The position numbers were made by a program, and so were the translations under genes. The notes under the pieces are model-generated. The model was given only the letters and a program-made list of their open reading frames with translations. It had not been told where the DNA came from and made no database searches. Positions 60,275 to 64,000 of a stretch of 64,000 nt of DNA are shown piece after piece. This DNA comes from an uncultured Chloroflexia bacterium (GTDB lineage: Bacteria > Chloroflexota > Anaerolineae > JAAYZQ01). Each line of letters begins with the position of its first letter. Within the stretch, counting starts at the first letter, position 1. Location of the stretch: assembly GCA_963700285.1 (NCBI GenBank), contig CAVOXA010000009.1, positions 160,001-224,000 of the forward strand, read 5' to 3'.

Positions 60275-62732
60275 ACCGGCCAGGCCACGGCGACTGTCGT
60301 TCCGCGCCCCGGCGCGCTGTCGATGGTCAGCTTTGCGCCGATGGCCAGCGCACGCTCGCGCATGATCTGCAGGCCCATCTTGTCGCCACCAACCGAGGCG
60401 GGATCAAAACCGCGGCCATCGTCCTCGATGGACAGTATACCCTGTTCCACCTCTGGCCGCAAGGTCACGCGCACCCGCTTGGACCTGGCGTGCTTCGCAA
60501 TGTTGTTGAACGCCTCCTGGGCAATTCGATACAGGGCCACAGTAGTGTCCGCGGACAGCTCGTGCTCTCCGTGGATGTCCCATTCCACAGAAATGCGGGT
60601 CCGGCCGGTCAGGGTATCCCCCAGGTACTCCAGGAGTCTGCTTAGGTCAGTGGTCTCCAAGGTCCAGGGCCGCAGCTCGAAGAGCAAGGTACGCATTTCG
60701 GCCAGGGCGCCGCGCACCAACTGGCGAAGCTTGACCAGGTTGCGCTGGCCTTCCGCCGGATTGTGCGCCCATGTCTCCGGCAGGGCCTCAGCGATCAGCG
60801 TGGCGGCATAGATGGTTTGAGTCGCCGCGTCGTGCAGGTCCCGCGCCAGGCGGCTACGTACTTTGGCAGCGGCCGCTGCCTGTGCCTGCCGGGACAAGCG
60901 GGTGCTTTCGATGGCGGCAGCCAGGTCGACGGCAATGGTTTCGGCCAGGCGCACCTCGTCCGCCGTGAACAGGTGCCCCGGCTGGTCGCTGTGCGACCCA
61001 CAGCAGGCCTACGGCCGTTCCACGGATCACAAGCGGGATGAACATGATAGACTGGACCTGCCGGTGTATCAGCAACTCGCGCTCCAGGTCCGACTGCGGC
61101 AAGGATCGAACATCCGCGACGACCTGCGGTCTGGCTTCGCGCAGCACCTCGCCGATAACGGCCAGATCGTCCACAGAGACGTCCAACCGGGTGGGGCCGG
61201 ACTGCCCGGAACCGGGCTCACACCGGATATGGAAATAGAATCCCGCCTCCTCGCCTTCCCGCCAGAGGATGTGCACACAATGAGCGGCAAACAGGCCGGC
61301 TATGATCTTGCTGACTTGCGCCAGGGTAGCTGGCAGTTCGGTTGCGGCGGTCATGGTATGGGCGATACGGTTCAGCACGGTCAGCTCCTCGACGCGCCGC
61401 CGCAGCGTCTCCTCGGCCTCTATCCGCTCGGTGATATCGGTGCACACGGCAAGGCTGCCCCGGTAGTTGCCCTGGGGATCCAGGATCGGGCTGGCGGAAA
61501 TGAGCACGGGGACTGTGCCGCTGTCTCGGCGCCGGAAAACCGTCTCGTACGTGTCGGAAAAACCTGCTCTGCGCCGGGCGAGCCAGCCCAGGTGCTGCTC
61601 CTGGTCCTCAGCAGGGAAGATCTTGACCGACGCTTGGCCCAACAACTCGTCGCGCGCCCAGCCCACCATTGCACACAGGGAGTCGTTCACGTATGTCAAC
61701 TGCCCATCCTCGTCCACGACGGCCAGGCCCTCGCGCATGTTCTCGACGAGGAGCCTGTACCGCTCCTCGCTTGCCCGCAACGCCTCCTCGGCTCGTCTTT
61801 GCTCGGTGACGTCCAGGATCAGCGCCACACAGCCCGCCACGTTGCCCTGCTCGTCCAGGTGCGGAACATAGTTGCGCCACAGGACATAGGTCCGCCCATC
61901 AGCGCCTACGATCTCACCCTCCCACGACACGGCCTGCTGGCTGGCTGTGACTTGCTGTAGGTAGCGTGCGACTTCCGGATATGCTCTGGGGCTGGTGACC
62001 TCCTTCACCTTCTTGCCGACGATTTCCTTCTTGGAACGCCCCCAAAATCCTGCGTAGGCGCGGTTGGCGTGCAGGATGGTCCAGTCCGCATCCGTGTAGA
62101 CGACATAGGCCGGGACGTTGTCGATGATGAGGTCCAGTTGTTGTTGCCGGGTGCGAAGCTCTTGCTCGGCCTGCCTTTGCGCAGTGATGTCCAGGATCAG
62201 CACCACAAGGCCCTGCATGTCCCCCTGTTCGTCCATGTGCGGAACAGAGGTCACCCGTGCGAAAAGGCGCTGCCCCGTTGGACTTTCCTGCTGGAGCTCG
62301 TGCGTCAAGGTCTGCCGGCTGGCAACAGCCTGCCGAAGGTAAGGGGCGTTGCGCTCATACCCCGCGGGAGGGGCGACTTCCTCATAGTGCCTTGCCCACG
62401 ACCTGCTCCTTGGAATACCCCCACCATGCTGCCATGGCGTGGTTGGCGTGCAGGATGTTCAAGTCCGCATCCGCGTAGGCGATATAGGCTGGCACGCTGT
62501 CGATGATGAGCTCCAGTTCTTCCTGCGCCCGCCGCAGCTCTTCGTTCTGGATCTCCAGCTCGATCTGATGCACGCGCAGCTCGTGGATTAGGCGCCGGGC
62601 CTCCTCAAGCGAAAGCGCCTCCAGGTCCTGATCCCCGGTTGTCCTGGCTTTTTCCTCCGCTCGCTGGCGCAGGGTTGTCGGGTCCACCACGCGGTCGGCG
62701 CATTCTGTTCGTCCGTCATTCCGGGTCGCCAT
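60232..62732 (-). CDS. PAS-PAS-PAS-GAF histidine kinase (HisKA_3); indels near 62380 and 60990
   Basis: HELRVHQIELE.QNEEL, three PAS units, GAF, RLARDLHD, YRIAQEA.NN..KHA, DDGRGF, GL..MRERA. Confidence 0.9.
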
Positions 62733-62813
62733 GCTGACCCTCCTGGGAGATCAAGATAGCGTTTTTTCCTTGCCCTGCTCCAAGGGCCGGGGGTGTGTGC
62801 CTGCCCGCTTATC

Positions 62814-62842
62814 ATTGTATCAGCTTTGAGAAGCGGTGTCAA
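62814..62842 (-). promoter_or_regulatory. Promoter for the two-component genes
   Basis: TTGACA-17 nt-TACAAT with TG extension. Confidence 0.7.
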
Positions 62843-62920
62843 CGTACAGGGCTGGGGTCTTGGGATTTGGGATTGAGGTCTATCAGACGCTGCCGGGCCA
62901 AGGCCGGCCGATTGAGGCCG

Positions 62921-63720
62921 CTACGTTCCCTCGGTGTGGGTCGAAAAGACGACCGTCCTTAGCACACCGTCGGCACCAGCGCCCGAGTAGCGGGTGTACT
63001 GGATGGCGATGCCGCGTTCCATCGGCTCTTGATGCACCCGCTGCATTTCCTTGGCGCCTTCGAGGGCGAAAGCGGCGATCGGTACGTCGGTGTCCTCCAC
63101 TTCGAAGCCGAGTCCCCGGATTCCTTGCTTGAGCTGCCGAGCGTTGGCCCAGATCCGCTCCCGAAACTCTAGATGTGACCGCACCTGCTCAACCCCGGCC
63201 AAGGTGGCCGCCGCCACTGGCGACGGCGGCGCACTGGCTGCGATCATGACAGGCCCGCTCCGTACCCGGTCGATGAACCCCTTCGGCCCCGGAATTACGC
63301 CGCCAAAACCGCCGAATGCCTTGGACAGGGTTCCCCCGAAGAGCAGCCGCTCGCCGACGAGACCATAGTGATCGTAGGTTCCCCTGCCGTGGGGTCCCAG
63401 GATCCCCACCGAGTGAGCCTCATCGAGCCATACTGTGCCGGCATAGGCTTCCAGGATCCGTATGTATTCGGGAACCGGCGCGATCCGGCCGAGGGTCGGG
63501 AACAGCCCGTCGGTCAGCAGGAGAGGCTTCGCGACGGTGCGAGGTTCTGCTCTAGCTGTATCTTCAGATCTTTGGGATCCATGTGGGCAAACCGATGGAC
63601 CGGCATACCGGTGGTCATGTCGTTGATACAATAGTGGGGCTGCTCGTCGACCAAGACCACGTCGAACACACCGGCCTCGTGCATCGCCTGTACCCCAGCC
63701 ATGTAGCTGAGGGTAGTCGT
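62921..63720 (-). pseudogene. 5'-truncated PLP-dependent alpha-oxoamine synthase-like (BioF/Kbl family) gene
   Basis: DE..H, F.H.D, TDGLF..G.IAP, LDEAHS.G.LG..GRG, GTLSKAFG..GG; N-terminal region absent, C-terminal helix cut at STHTEGT, one frameshift near 63535. Confidence 0.7.
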
Positions 63721-63728
63721 TAATTGAG

Positions 63729-64000
63729 CTACCGCTGCTCATCCAGTAGTTCATACCCGGCCGCCTTCCAGGCATTGAACCCACCATCTACCTCCAGCAC
63801 GTTGGTGTAGCCCAAGGCTGCCAGCTCTCGCGCTGCCGTGGTACTCATGTTACCACTGCGGCAGTAGAGCACGATCGGTGCATCTTTATCGGGCAGTTGA
63901 TCCTGATAGCCGGCAATCTGATCGAAGGGGATAAAGAGATCTGTCTGCTCGATCTCGCCCTCGTACGGAATGTGCACGTTGACCAGGGTAAAATCCTTGT
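63729..64000 (-). CDS. Rhodanese-like domain protein (5' end outside window)
   Basis: [16 protein letters not shown]...[11 protein letters not shown]...GYTNV....GGFNAW. Confidence 0.88.
   Translation of the reverse strand, partial: KDFTLVNVHIPYEGEIEQTDLFIPFDQIAGYQDQLPDKDAPIVLYCRSGNMSTTAARELAALGYTNVLEVDGGFNAWKAAGYELLDEQR

Noticed and set aside
43400-64000. Island as a mobile element (prophage, ICE or transposon)
   Set aside because: No integrase, transposase, tRNA target or terminal repeats were seen; no tRNA or rRNA genes were recognised in the window.

Overview
A 64-kb, GC-rich bacterial chromosome segment, most likely Chloroflexota (Anaerolineae-like). The clues are Pro/Thr-rich secreted proteins, a C-terminal LYLPLI-type sorting motif, a topA with an N-terminal Zn-ribbon, and expanded GT-C glycosyltransferases. 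The assembly carries many single-base indels, including in essential genes (prfB, topA, rimM, rpsP, ffh), so most frameshifts are treated as errors. 0-25 kb is mostly housekeeping: a ProRS-like gene, ATL, an AOR operon, a DUF3179 selenoprotein, ftsY, prfB, Xaa-Pro peptidase, topA-dprA, rimM-khpA-rpsP-ffh and an ADH. 25-43 kb is a cell-envelope and glycosylation region. 43.4-62.7 kb is a co-oriented minus-strand accessory island: a PAS/GAF kinase, two response regulators, ClC, DUF6325, SHOCT, SulP, DUF2252, a K+ channel, META, a DUF1269-arylsulfatase fusion, DUF1345, an acidic helical-repeat protein and an AI-2E transporter, with several gene scars. Top leads: (1) the ProRS paralog has lost its aminoacylation motifs but keeps its editing and anticodon-binding domains, behind a ~285-nt structured leader; (2) the island contains an unannotated 23-aa protamine-like peptide (MPAPRRTVRRASRRTSRRTSRRR) next to a strongly acidic protein, with a kinase-like DUF2252 in the same locus; (3) an in-frame UGA with a SECIS-like hairpin in DUF3179. 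All family names were recognised by eye; no database searches were run.
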